Shown: positions 1 to 14,679 of the stretch, one piece after another
Layout of the letters: each line of letters begins with the position of its first letter
Numbering within the stretch: the stretch's first letter is position 1
Source: Mantamonas sphyraenae STR306
Taxonomy: Eukaryota > Protista > CRuMs
Direction of reading: 5' to 3'
DNA length: 64,000 bases
Assembly: GCA_026936335.1 (NCBI GenBank)
Contig: JAPMXV010000056.1
Location: forward strand, 319,649 to 383,648
Program-made: the position numbers and the translations under genes
Notes under the pieces: generated by a model
What the model was told of the DNA's origin: nothing
The model's input: only the letters and a program-made list of their open reading frames with translations
Databases searched by the model: none

Positions 1-213
1 TTGGGCGGTGCGGCCACCACGGTCTGCACCACCTCCTCTCTCTTCTTCACCACAGTGGTGCTTCTGTACAGGTTCGGCCAGATCGTCCTTGTGGCAATCT
101 TGTTGAGCTTCTTTTTCGCCAACGGCCTCTTTATGGTGCTCATGATGATGATGGGCCCCGAGGGCGAAACGGGTGATCTGAAGAAGTGGTGGAAACGCAT
201 CCGGGGTCAGTAG
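1..213 (+). CDS. 3' end of a Patched/Dispatched-family (RND/SSD) multipass membrane protein, 5' part outside the window
   Basis: GGAATT...LFF...FG...FFANGLF..L...GP resembles the last TM helices of Dispatched/PTCHD proteins; stop TAG at 211-213. Confidence 0.6.
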   Translation: MGGAATTVCTTSSLFFTTVVLLYRFGQIVLVAILLSFFFANGLFMVLMMMMGPEGETGDLKKWWKRIRGQ

Positions 214-415
214 AAGTATAAGGAAGCAATGAATGAATAACATCAGATCCGACACGTCTCCAAGCATGCCTGACGGCTGGATAGTGTGTGCGGTGCACTA
301 GAGCGAGGACTTTGAAACGACCGCCTGATGGGTATTGAAATTTTGATTGAAAGTGGAATTCATCCAGGGTGTCGTATGATGGGAATTTGTTGTGAATCAA
401 AATTTTCATTGTGGT

Positions 416-1721
416 TTACGCGTCGATCTCGCGGATGCCGTCAAACTTGCTGTCTTGCATCACGGTTGCTGCAGCGACGCCTCCGCCACGCGTGGAGGCT
501 TCTCGTGTCTTGCCCTTGCTGGGCCGATCGTCCATGGAGTAGCTGGACTCCATGGTGCGCGACATGGAAAAGGGGTTCTGGCCGGCCTCCAGAGCCTTCT
601 TGACCTTCTTGTAGATGATGAGGGCATAGGGCAGGGAGAAAACGATGCCGTTGCACGTGACGGACACAGTCATACCCATGATGAAGCCGAAGCTTGGAGG
701 ACCATCCTGCTTGGCAAACACGGTGAGCAAAGGGAAGGCCCACACACACAGAAAGACGGCAGGAAAGGCAAGGAGACGGCTGACGACCTTGCGCTCACGC
801 TTGGACAGGGAACGCATGACGTCCTTGTAGTTGCCCAGCAGCTTGTAGGCCACTGCAGAGTACACGATGATCATGAGGAAGAACACTGTGATCATGGGCA
901 CAAAGAAGAGCCAGATGTCGTTCAGCGGGTCCAGGAACCAGCAGTTGGCATTCTGCACAGCCCTGCCAAACTGTGTGCATGATGTGCATGGGATTTCGGG
1001 TGTGAGACATAGGGTGAACACCCTGGGGGGTTGAGCGGGGGCGGGAAAAGGCCAGCGGCCGGGAAACGACGGAGCGCCGACGGGAGTTGGAGAAACACAC
1101 AGTGCCAAGGGCCATGGTGGGAGGGGGAAATGGACGGTGCTTTGGAGGGAGGGAGGGAATGGAGAGAGAGGGAGGGCATGATGAGACGTACAAAGCCAGC
1201 AGCAAGGGAGATGATGCCAAAGGTGAGGGAAACACCCCAGCAGAGGAAAAAGGCAACTTTGTCGACGCGGCGTCCGGCAAGCTCCTTGGTTTCGGCACTG
1301 CCATTCTTGTAGATGACCACCATGAGACGCACGGCAGTGGCCAGGGCCCAGAACACCAGAGACAAGTCAAAGGTTTGGATCATGACACCACGCAGCTCAC
1401 ACCAACCGTCAGCACGCATGTCCTCTGAGAAGCCGTCGACCAAGGCAAGGATGAACGCGGAAAAGACAACGTAGGCTGTGGGGAAAGCATGGGCAGATGG
1501 TGTTGGGTCGTAGCGGGGGAGGTTAGACACAGACATGGGCAAGCCACAAGTGGGCATGGGTGGAATGAAAAGGTACCTGGCATATGGAGCGGGCGGTTCT
1601 TGTGCATCTTCAAGGCAAAGAAGGCAACGAGGACGGCACCAGAGAAAGCAAAGGAGGTAAAGGCCAGGACACGCCTGGTGACTGAGATGGCCAGATCCTG
1701 CTCAGGGGTGAAGGAGGACAT
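416..1721 (-). CDS. cAMP-receptor-like 7TM GPCR, 3 exons (1721-1577, 1475-1192, 970-416)
   Basis: Seven hydrophobic helices; WCELRG..IQTF in TM3 and CW in ECL2; GTACCT/GTACGT donors and CACAG acceptors keep the frame. Confidence 0.75.
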
Positions 1722-1778
1722 CGTGGGATGAAGGGGTTGGGGGGGGTGGGGAAAAAGATTGGCTGAGGATGGGCAAAG

Positions 1779-3279
1779 TCAAACGTTCATCATGACACGT
1801 GCAGGATCACCAGAGGAAGGTGTGGAGGCACGGTTGTTGCGAGCATGGGTGGGTAGCATGGGAGCCCAATCGAGAGGAGTGCCTGCGGGGGGAAGACAGC
1901 AGACCATGCGGAGGTTTGTGATGAGACCCCGATCAAACGGGGTGGGCATGATTCCCAAGCCACGAAGGTAGGGGATGGAATCATACTTGATCATCTCCCA
2001 GGTGGTGGCATTGGTGACCATGAGGTAGGTGTGGAAACACCACATGGAACAGGAGATGAGGAGAAAGACCCCACAGATGGCCTGCATGATCATCAAGGGA
2101 AGGTTGTTGAGCATCCACACGGTGACATCACGTGTGCTCACATAGGCTGAGCCCAGGAGCTGCAGACCCCAGAGCATGAGGATGCTTTCCATCAGGAGCA
2201 TCCACCAGAAGCGAGCATGGTTCCGTTCACCCACACACGTGGACACAAAGAAGCAGTGGTGGTCGAACCGAAGCACACATCGTCCACAGAACTGACAGTG
2301 CTTGGCACGCACAGGCAACACAATGTTGCACTCCAGACACAACTCCTCCTCTCTGTACACACGGTCAGACTGTGCCGTTGCCGATGGATACCCATTCTCT
2401 GGCGTCAGTGCCCCCATTGCTCTCCTCATCGTTGTTGTTGCTGTTGTTGTTGTCGTCGTCGTTGTGCTTGTTGTTGTTCGCTGTTCAGACCCCAACAGTC
2501 GTTGGGTCTCCTGCGTATGCTGTGCTTCCAAATCATCATCATCATCATCATCATCATCGTCATCATCTCTATGACTATCACCAACTCCAGTGCTTCCATC
2601 ACGAGAACTATGATGTTTGTCCCCATGCCCATGGGCTTGCTGAGTCTCATCCTGGCTCACCACCTGTACCCCTGCCCCATGTCCATCCAATGGATCCTTG
2701 CTCTGCAATGTGCCCGTCCTGTTGCTCCCTTCCCCATCCTCTTCCCTCCCAGAATCCAATGCCAGCAGCGACGTCAGCCGTGCTCGCGGGGCTCCCGGAA
2801 GAGCCCTTCGTGTCCGCCTCCCCTGACTCGTTTGCAACTCCTGTGGTCGTTCTGTGATCCATGTTCCCCATGTCATCGTCACACGGTCATCGCGGTATGG
2901 ATGCAGAAGGTGTGGTGGGTGGGTGCATGGGTGGGTTGTTCCGTGTGTCAGTCGTTGTGGGTCCGGTGGGAAGGTAGGCGCCAAAAACGCTTCCTGCACA
3001 CACCACACACGAGTGCGTACCTCGCAACACGCGCAGCTTGGGAAGACGCTCCCGCTGTTCAATGTAGCCTGGAGAGGAGCCCCAGGTGCGATTGTACAAG
3101 ATCCAAGCTGCAAAGAGGACAGCGAGGAAGGAGAAGCAGTAGAGGTAGTTGCCGTGTTGGATCAGTTGTTGTTTCCACGTGTTGTCTGTCCACAGCATCA
3201 GTGCCAACGCTGTCCCATGCACTGCATTCACAAAATACAATGACACCCGGTTGGGCATGGGTGCTGCTCTACGGGGCAT
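1779..3279 (-). CDS. DHHC palmitoyltransferase (one intron from ~3020; acceptor position uncertain)
   Basis: CLECNIVLPVRAKHCQFCGRCVLRFDHHCFFVSTCVGERNH, TTWE motif, TM helices and SPGY in exon 1. Confidence 0.9.
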
Positions 3280-3403
3280 GGGGTCGGATTGGCCGGCCCT
3301 GCGCCGTGGCAACCAGTTCCGGCCCACACACACCCCCAACCACACACACAAACACCCCCACCCAAACACCCCCACACAAACACACAAGAGCACCCTACAA
3401 ACC

Positions 3404-4851
3404 ATGGCATGGACAAAGGAGATGTACACCACGCTGTTTGAAATCACAGCCGTGTCATCCTCACTGTCGGTGGCTGGTTCCCTGTTCATTCTTGGCACCC
3501 TCTTCACCTTTCCCGAAGCGCGTAAGGGTGTTTCCAAGCTCCTCCTGTGGCTGTCGGTGTCCGATCTCTTTGGTTCTCTCAGCTTCCTCGTGGGTGCAGG
3601 CCACACCCTCAACGGTGGCAACTGGCTCGTCGACACCGAGCTCTGCCAAATCCAAGGTGGCGCCCTCCAAATGTTTTCCCTCTCCACGGCTCTCTGGAGT
3701 CTCTTTATTGGTGTCCACCTCTACCGATCCTTCATGCTGCGTCGTCACAATGACCTGGAGAAGACCATGAAGTACTATCACCTCGTGGCCTGGGGCCTCA
3801 GCATCATTCTGGCCATCGTTGGCGGCGTTGCGGGTCTTTATGGCCCCGCCGGAGGCTGGTACGTCCCTTTTCCTGTCCAACCCTGCCCATTGCCGCCTCT
3901 TCCCATTGCTTCTCTGTGTGTTCCACCCGTGTGACATGGCCATTGTCTGCGCCTGCTCGTGCAAATCGCCTCGGAAAGAGCGGCGGCACACTTTTCCCCA
4001 TCCTTTTTTTGCGTCGGCGAGGACCGTTCTTTTTGTGGGTTTCGGCCCAAACGTGGGTATGAAAGAGCGCTTCGTGTGCGCGCGCGCGTGTGTGTGTGTG
4101 TGTGTGTGTGCACTGGCGATGGTTGAGGGACGGGTGTGTCCATGGCATGCCTGCTGGGCTTGTATGGGGCGCGGTGAGACTCACACAAGCCGTCGCCGCG
4201 AACTTTCTCCAACTGGGAACGCCACACACGCACAGGTGTTGGATCACGTCTGCGACGGCAGCAAACAAGGTCTACCAGCAGGTGTTCTTCTACATGTTTG
4301 TGTACATGGTGTTCCTGGCCCTGGCAGCGCTGTATGTGCGCATTGGGGTGGAGATTTACACGACGATGAAGGAGACGGCGGCGACGCTGGAGTACAGCGT
4401 TCGCACACGCAAGCGTCAGGTGAAGAAGCGAGACAAGGTGCTGGGCAAGATGTTCTTCTTCCCAGCTGTGTTCCTTGTGACATGGTTGCCTGGCATCATC
4501 AACCGTATGCATGGTTTGACGGGCAACCCACCCGTGTACGGTCTGTTTGTGGGCCATGTCCTGTTCACTCCATTGCAGGGATTCCTCAACGCCATTGTGT
4601 ATGGACTCACAGGCAACATTGGACGACTGTACATGCGCAAGATGTCCACGGTGACCAGCAACGAGTCGGCCACCAACAGTGCCAGCACGTCGACAGGCAA
4701 GGCAGGTGGACGCAGCATGTTCTCCCGCAGTGGCAACAGCGGTGGAGACAACAGTGGTGGGGCAGCTCAGAATGCAGGGTATACCCCTGCTTCAGTGCCC
4801 ATGAAGGATGCTGCATCCAACCGAGCTGGCACCTTCTCTGCCACTGTCTAG
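3404..4851 (+). CDS. cAMP-receptor-like (GPR157/Crl-type) 7TM GPCR, 2 exons (intron ~3859-4235)
   Basis: LSVSDL, LCQIQG, YHLVAWG, AGGW|CWI, PLQGFLNAIVYG motifs. Confidence 0.9.
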
Positions 4852-4952
4852 CCGGAATGCAATTGATTCATTCATTCTCATTCGAGGTGGGGAGTGAGGA
4901 GTGGGGAGTCATCCATGCGTGGTCTTCCCTGCCACTCACTTTGGCTGCTGGT

Positions 4953-6356
4953 TCAATCACGGCGGATGTACATCTGCCAGAGACGGTGGGGAAAGTCTGG
5001 GGTCACCTCCCAGGAATGCTCACCCACAAGGGCAATGTCATAGTCAGGGTTGTTGATCATCTCCTTGGCCCATACCTTGTGCTCCTCATGCACGTTGGAG
5101 TTGTGCAGGATCAGGTACTTGGGACGGCATGTGTTGATCACCAGACGCCACTCTTTCCACGCCGCCTTCTTCTGTTCCTCCGTGTTCTTGCGGGGTCCAT
5201 CCACAAGCACTGCATCCACATCCATGCTGTTGCCTGTGAGAATGTGTGGGTGTGTGGGTGTGGGTGTGTGGGTGTGTGTGTGGGTGTCAGCCAAACCGCA
5301 CTCGCGCCTCTTCTCCTCGCTCCATCACAGCACTCCACACGCAGACACGCCATATCCCAATCCATGACATCACACGCGTGCACACAGGCACACCCCAGGA
5401 GGATGGTGTCGGCGGCTCCCTTTCTGCCTGTGTCGTCCAGTGGTTGACAGGGCAGCCGACCCCAACACTCCGCCCCGGCGAAAAACGCCCTCTTGCGTTT
5501 GGGCTTCGTGTGTCTGTGCACGAGTCGTACAACGGCCCCATGAAACATGTGTACGGACGCAGGGGCAGCCATCAATTCGGCAAGGGGGAAGGGCGGGATA
5601 GGGGAGGACACGAGGGAGGAGTGCATGGACGGGAGGGAGGGGCAAAGCAGACGTACAGATAAACTCGAGGAGGGGCCCATGGGGCTTGCGTTGGACAGTG
5701 GCACCGTAGAGGGACATGACAGGCAACCCGGCCAGGTTCTTCTGCTGGTTCTCCCAATAGCCTTGGTCGTGCTCAATGTTGATGAGGAAGTTGGAGGGTC
5801 CGCTGTCGTGCAGACCGTGGGCAATGAGGTAGGAGGAACCCTGGCCGACGTGACCAAACACGTCAAAGAAGCGATTGATCTCGGGCTGGGCACCCATGCA
5901 GTAGAGCATGCGACCAAACAACAAATGGCCTTCAATCTCAACACCGGCAGTCACAGGCGGCTTGACAGGCAGTTGTTCAGGCTTGATCTCGTTGGCACAA
6001 CGTTGCAGACGCTCGGCAAAGCAGTATCCCGATGGATTGCGTCCGCTCTTGATCTGTTCGTGGATACGCATGCTGCCATGACCACTGCCTGTGTACTTGG
6101 TTTGTTTCTCCTTGTCCACAATGGTCTCTGCGGGTGGGTTGTGCACCACCGTGCTTGGCAGCCCAGGCACCTTGGGACACACAAACTTCCCTGTCTTCTC
6201 ATCATACTCACTCTCATCCGCATACTTGCTGCCATCAATCCCCTTGCTGAATGAACCCACTTTGCACTTGCGTCCTGCAGGCTTGGGTCCCATCATCGTC
6301 ACAAGCATCGTCACCACAATGACCCCTCCCAGGATCATCAGATTGCGTTGCTTCAT
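4953..6356 (-). CDS. Type II membrane protein with putative class I SAM-methyltransferase domain, 2 exons (6356-5657, 5233-4953)
   Basis: N-terminal signal-anchor; FFDVFGHVGQGSS, INIEHD and DAVLVDGPR motifs; in-frame splice T|GC. Confidence 0.55.
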
Positions 6357-6472
6357 GTCCTCTTCACTCTTTCTCTCTCTCTCGCTTTCTCTCTCTTTTC
6401 TCTCTCGTTCTCTCTGTGTGTATGTGTGGATTGGCAACACAAGACAACACTTGAGATTCCAGCGGGAAATGA

Positions 6473-9084
<2,612 letters not shown>

Positions 9085-9184
9085 AATGGGGAATGGAATG
9101 GAGTGTGTGGCCATACGCACAATTCATTTGCTGCTTGTTGTTGTTGTCACCACTCACTCACTCACTCTGTCGTGGTGGGCTCGC

Positions 9185-11200
9185 TCAGACGCTGACGGTG
9201 TCGTAGATGGCCAAGACCTCCTCGTCGGTAGCCCACAGCTCGTTGGTGTTGGAGGCAAAGGAGAAGCCATCGGGAACACGCTTGCCACCACGGCCAAACA
9301 TGACCTCCTCCTGCGACTTGTACTCGCTGAACTGGAACTGGCGCGGGGCAATGACATAGCGGTCGGGAAACTCGTAGGTGTCACGAGAGTCATCCTCAGA
9401 GATCATGAGCTCATGCAGCTTCTCACCCTCACGGATGCCAATCATCTTCTGGGAGGCCTCGGGGGCAATGGCCTTGGCCATGTCTGTGATCCTCATGGAG
9501 GGGATCTTGGGCACAAAGAGCTCGCCGCCGTCCATGACCTCGAAGCAGCTGATGACAAAGTCGGCCGCCTGGGGCAGAGTGATCCAGAAGCGGGTCATGC
9601 GATCGTCGGTGATGGGCAGCTCCGTGGCACCGTTGGAAAGGAGCTTCTTGAAGAAGGGGAGGATGGAGCCGCGAGAGCCGAGGACATTGCCGTAGCGGAC
9701 GACAGCAAAGCGAGGGTAAGGACCACCTGCGTAGGCATTGGCAGCCACAAAGAGCTTGTCGGAACAGAGCTTGGTGGCACCGTAGAGGTTGACAGGGTTT
9801 GCCGCCTTGTCGGTGGACAATGCAATGACCTTCTGCACACCACAGTCGATGGCAGCGTCCACAATGTTCATGGCACCAATGATGTTGGTCTTGACAAACT
9901 CGGACGGGTTGTACTCTGCGGCAGGGACCTGCTTGAGGGCAGCTGCGTGCACGACCACATCCACACCACGGAAGGCACGGTACAGACGGTCACGATCACG
10001 CACGTCGCCCAAGAAGAAGCGAATGTTGTCAAAGGCCTTGAAGAGTCCCTTCTGCAGTTCCCACTGCTTGAGTTCATCGCGGGAGAAGATGATCACCTTC
10101 TTGGGCGAGTACTCTGTCAGCAGCTTCACCACAAAGGTTTTGCCGAACGATCCCGTGCCACCCGTGACCAGGACCACCTTGTCGTTGAGGAAGGACGCCT
10201 CCTCTGTCAGCCCTGTGAACGGATGCGAGTGCAGGGTCTGCTCGTTGATGCCATCGGTTGACATGGAGCCAGTCAGCCTGCGAGTCGTCCCCAAGGACCA
10301 CAAAATGATGTTGGACGACGGTGCAGTGGTGCAGTGGGATGGTGTCAGCATGTGTGTGTATGCAATTGTGGATCCATGTGGTTGGTGTGGTGACCCACTC
10401 GCTCTCCTGCACCACAGGGAGGGACGGCAAGGGCGGCGGAAAGTGCAACATGGGCGGCTGCCATCCGGGATCCCCCATGACAGCCGAGTGTTTGGCCACA
10501 AGCGCGTCACACATGCTCTCACTGTCCACGCCATAGGTGGCAGATGGTAGATGCAGTCGGTTGGGATCCATGGGGTGCTTCGCATGCATGGTGACACCTC
10601 CACGTAGCGAGTACCGGCCAGGCGAACCATGGGCTGGGTGGCGTTGTGGCCAAAAAAACGGACAGCCGGGGTTCGTCGGGAGGTGTGTCCGGGGAACCGG
10701 GGCGAGTGCACACTCATGCAAGGGTGGGACGGCCCATGATGCACAGAGATGGGCATGCGAGGCTACAGCATGCGAAGGCGGAGGCGAGAGAGCGGAGGCC
10801 GGTCGGCTGCGGGCTGCTAGCGAGGCTGTCATGAAACAGGGAAGGGCAAGGCGGCCAATTGTTGCATTGGGCCCCTTTGGCAGACAGGCTAGGGAGGAAA
10901 CCACAGAGGGGGAGGGGGCGAGGACATGCACACATATGCAGACGGTGATTGTGGCAGGAGGGAGGGGCACATGCATGGAGAGCGGTGCTGGAAGGTAGGC
11001 CATAGACGTGCGGACAGGGCACAAGAGGCGGAGGGGAAGGGAGAAAAATTCTCTCTGGGGACGTACATGCCACTGCTGCTGTTGCCGGTGGAGGTGATCT
11101 GACCATCCTGGGTGATCTCGGCCTCAAGGGTGATCTCGCCATCGGTGGCGTCGATGGTGACAGTCTTCTGCTCTGCGTTGGGAGAGGTGACGTTGGACAT
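9185..11200 (-). CDS. pseB: UDP-N-acetylglucosamine 4,6-dehydratase (PseB/FlaA1-type), 2 exons (11200-11067, 10277-9185)
   Basis: TGGTGSFG, SRDELKQ, HAAALKQVPAAEYNP, STDKAANPVNLYGATKLCSDKLF, RYGNVLGSRGS, TDDRMTRFWI, GEKLHE; intron GTACGT...CGCAG joins in frame. Confidence 0.85.
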
Positions 11201-11315
11201 GGGTGTTGGTTGTTTGGTTGGGGTGGGCCAGACAGCGCGAGGACAGATGGGGCTCAGTGGGGGGGTTGTATGACAGATGCCACTCACACTCACTCACTCA
11301 CTCACTCAACTCAAC

Positions 11316-13125
11316 TCAGACAGAGAAGTACATGGGCACGTGGGAGACGAGACCACCCCTCCAGGCGCAGGTGAGGAGGGCGCCGTTGGGGAAGTTGGGT
11401 TGGAACTCCATCATGTCGAGGGGCATGGAGTTTGGCGAACGGATGAAGCCAATGGTGGTGAGTTGGAAGGAGAGGGTGGAGCGAACAGCAAAGGTGGCGA
11501 CAAGCTCACTGCCAGGATGGTTGCCATCAAAGGCGACGGCAAGGCGTTTGCCAGTGGGGTCGAGAGCAAGCTGGCGGATGTTGCCACCGACGTGGAGGAG
11601 AGTGCCAGTGGAATGTGTGCGCACACTGGTCATGCCCATGTACTCGTAACACAGTGGGGAACCACTGATGCGAGGGGGCAGGTTGTCAAAGACAATGTTG
11701 TGCACAATGCATGTGCCATGGACGTTGACCAGCAGCATGTGGCCATCGTGACTCCAGCAGGCACTCTGCACGTAGCGTTCAATGTTGCTGAACGCCTGAC
11801 AAGTCCACCACAGGGTTTCATAGACGAGGAAGCGTGCAGAGGTGAGGCCGACAAAGAGGTAGTGGCCATTGGGAGACCATCGGAGCATGGTGACCCCACC
11901 CCAGGCACGACCACGGTTCAACAGCATGTGTGTTTCGTGGTGGGTGTCCCACACGACCACACTGGCGTCGTTGCACGAGCCCGTGGCCAGGTACTTGCCA
12001 CACGGGGACCACTCCATTGCCGTGATGGGTGCATGGCCCTCGGGAGACTTGAAATAATTCATGGTGGACCCATGGGTGCCCCCACGCATGCGGTTGCGTC
12101 CTGCCACAAGCAGGGTGCTTGCATTGCCGCTGGCATCTGCGTTGCTCAGAAGACTGGCTCCGGCAATGGGCGACACCAGAGGCGAGGCACCGGACCGGTC
12201 GATGCTCATCGACGTGGCCAAGCCACTACGTGCCAGTGGAGAGGCGTAGACGGAGGAGGACGATGACGACGAAGATGATGACGATGATGACGATGACGAA
12301 GAGGTGCTTGTGTTGATGGGGTCGGCCATGGACGTGCGCAGGGGTGATCGCAGCATGGAACCATGGTGTTGGGGAGAGACACCTGCACGCAGGGGACTGG
12401 TAGCACGTGGAGAGGTGAGCAGGTCGCCCTGGGAGAGGGAGAGGGCACTCATGTGCATTGGGTCACCACCATGGTGGCGGGTGCCATAGCGGGGAGCAGA
12501 TGCAGTGACATGGAGGGCAGAGGAGGAAGAGGAGGAGAGATCGTCCGTGGCAGCAGCGGCGGCAGCTGCAGCGGCAGCCACATCCCAGCCTTGGGTGGCC
12601 ACCGTCCACAGACACACACCGTGCTGGGAGGCCACAGCAAGGACGTCGGTGGCGTTGGGTTGCCATTGGACACAGGTGACGTTGCGTTGGAACTCATGCA
12701 CAAGTACCTCTTGGGCTTCAGCCAAGGGCATGGCAAACACCTGCACGCAATGGCTGGCGTCGGCCACAGCCAACAGATCGCGTTCACGATGCCAATTGAT
12801 GCTATGGACACGCTGGTCGGCACGAGGACGCAGCGATTGAGGCTGTCGTGCCATGCTGGGTTTGCTACGGGCTGGTACAAGGGGACGCACAAGCATGCGC
12901 AGCAGGTTGAGCAGCAGAAGAACGATGCCTGCCACGACTCGCCGAAACACACCACGGGACGAGGACACAGACGAAGACGCTGCTGCACCAGATGCAGACT
13001 TGGTGTTGCTGCTGCTGGATGATTGTGCCTTGCCATTGCCCTGCGAGTACAATGCAGCAGAGGCACTGAGCTTCTTGTCTTGGAACAGGCGAGTGGCCAG
13101 CTCCGCCTGCTGTGATTCTTCACCC

Positions 13126-13162
<37 letters not shown>

Positions 13163-14570
13163 GTGATGATGTGGTTGTTGATGATGCGCCTCCTTCTGTC
13201 CTGTAATGGGCCAGGTCACCGTCGACAAAGGCCTGGAACCAGTCGCGCATCCGCGTGCCCCACGTGCTTGCCTCGGGCACCCTTCGCACAGGATTGCGAC
13301 CCTTGCGTTGGCGGGCATCCACAATCTCATGCACAGGCAGCACCACGCCGCCGTTGCGTTCGTACTGACGCAGTACTTCCTTGTCACGGTCCGTGATGAA
13401 CAGCGAAGCTCGATCAGACGTCACCGTCACTGCGACAAAACCGTGTCAGAGAGAGTGTGTGAGTGTGTTTGTGTGCGCATGTGCACTCGGGAGCACAGAA
13501 GATGGCAAAGGGTGTGCATAGGTCCAGGGTGGATGGGCATGGGTGTGGGTGCCAACGTACAGAGCTCTGTGTGCATCTCTGCCAGTGTGTGTTCGCCGTT
13601 CGAGAGGCCCCTCAGCGGGGGTTCAGGCACCTGTGCACCTGTGCATGGCATGGTGTGGAGTTCATGCCATGGTGTTCCACATATGGTAGGAGTGGGCGCG
13701 TGTGGGTGTGAGTAGGATGCACGCGCGAGTGTGTGCAGGCGAGAGACGCTCCATGCGCGCGCGCAAAATACCTGTAAAGAGCTCGTGGTCGGCAAAGTCC
13801 GCGTCAAAGTCGCTCATGACCGGGTTGCGTGCACGTGCATCTGGATGTGGGGTTGCCATGTGGGTGTATGCAGTCGCTGTGGGCGATGTGGGTGTCTTTG
13901 CGGGCGAGTTGACGGACGACGATCCTTCCGGATACTTGGCGGCGGGGGTACTGGACGACGCCGCCGCCTTGCCAAAGGGTGACAGCAATGACGAGACAAA
14001 GCTTTCGTCGCCATCGCTAACAATCTCCCCCACCGCACTTCCCTGCCTGCTCTCATCCACCGCGTGTTCCCCCTGGCCCGTGGGAGGCGACACCGCGGTG
14101 GGCGGCGGCGGCGCCTTGCCGGCTGGCGTGCTGGCCACCACAGGCTGCCCTGCATGCATTTCCCTTTCGATGGAATGCGACGATGCCACCGACAGGTTGT
14201 CGTCGTCGTCATCCGTGCCCTGGTCGTCCCGTCGAACAAGGCTATCCTCCTCCACCTGCTGTCGAAGGCCTCGATTCTCCGGCCGCCGTGCATCCAGCGC
14301 GCTCACACGAGTCTGGTCACGCAATCGACGCCCCATAAAGAGGGAGGAGGAGGAGGAGGAGACGTCGCTGCGCACAGACGTGTCCAATCCTGACTCGTCG
14401 CCGTCTTGTCCACTCGCCGAGGTGTCTTCTCTGCCACGTCGCTGCAGCCGTGCAAACAGATTGCCCCCTGCAGGACTATTCAGATCCACCGGTGGCGGCA
14501 TGCCCATCCGTCTCCGACTGCTGTTGCTTGTGCGTGTGCTGGGACTACCCAGCTGCGCTCGCAGGGACAT
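11316..14570 (-). CDS. AAAS: Aladin-like WD40 nucleoporin with long low-complexity N-terminus; 5' exon structure approximate
   Basis: PEPPLRG..GEHTLAEMHTEL (Aladin N-terminal motif, ~13560-13630), HEFQRNVTCVQWQP...LAVA, GHAPITAMEWSP, GGVTMLRWSPNG. Confidence 0.75.
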
Positions 14571-14679
14571 TGTGCGTGTCTGCGGGGGAAGCGGGAGATT
14601 GTGGCGCCACCGGCGCGCGGAGTCAGGATTTTGAACCAGAGGCGCACCCGCAGTTTGATCCACCCCAACATCGACGCAC

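Noticed and set aside
9185-10277. Bacterial contamination
   Set aside because: Host-like codon usage, in-frame spliceosomal intron, contiguous with eukaryotic genes
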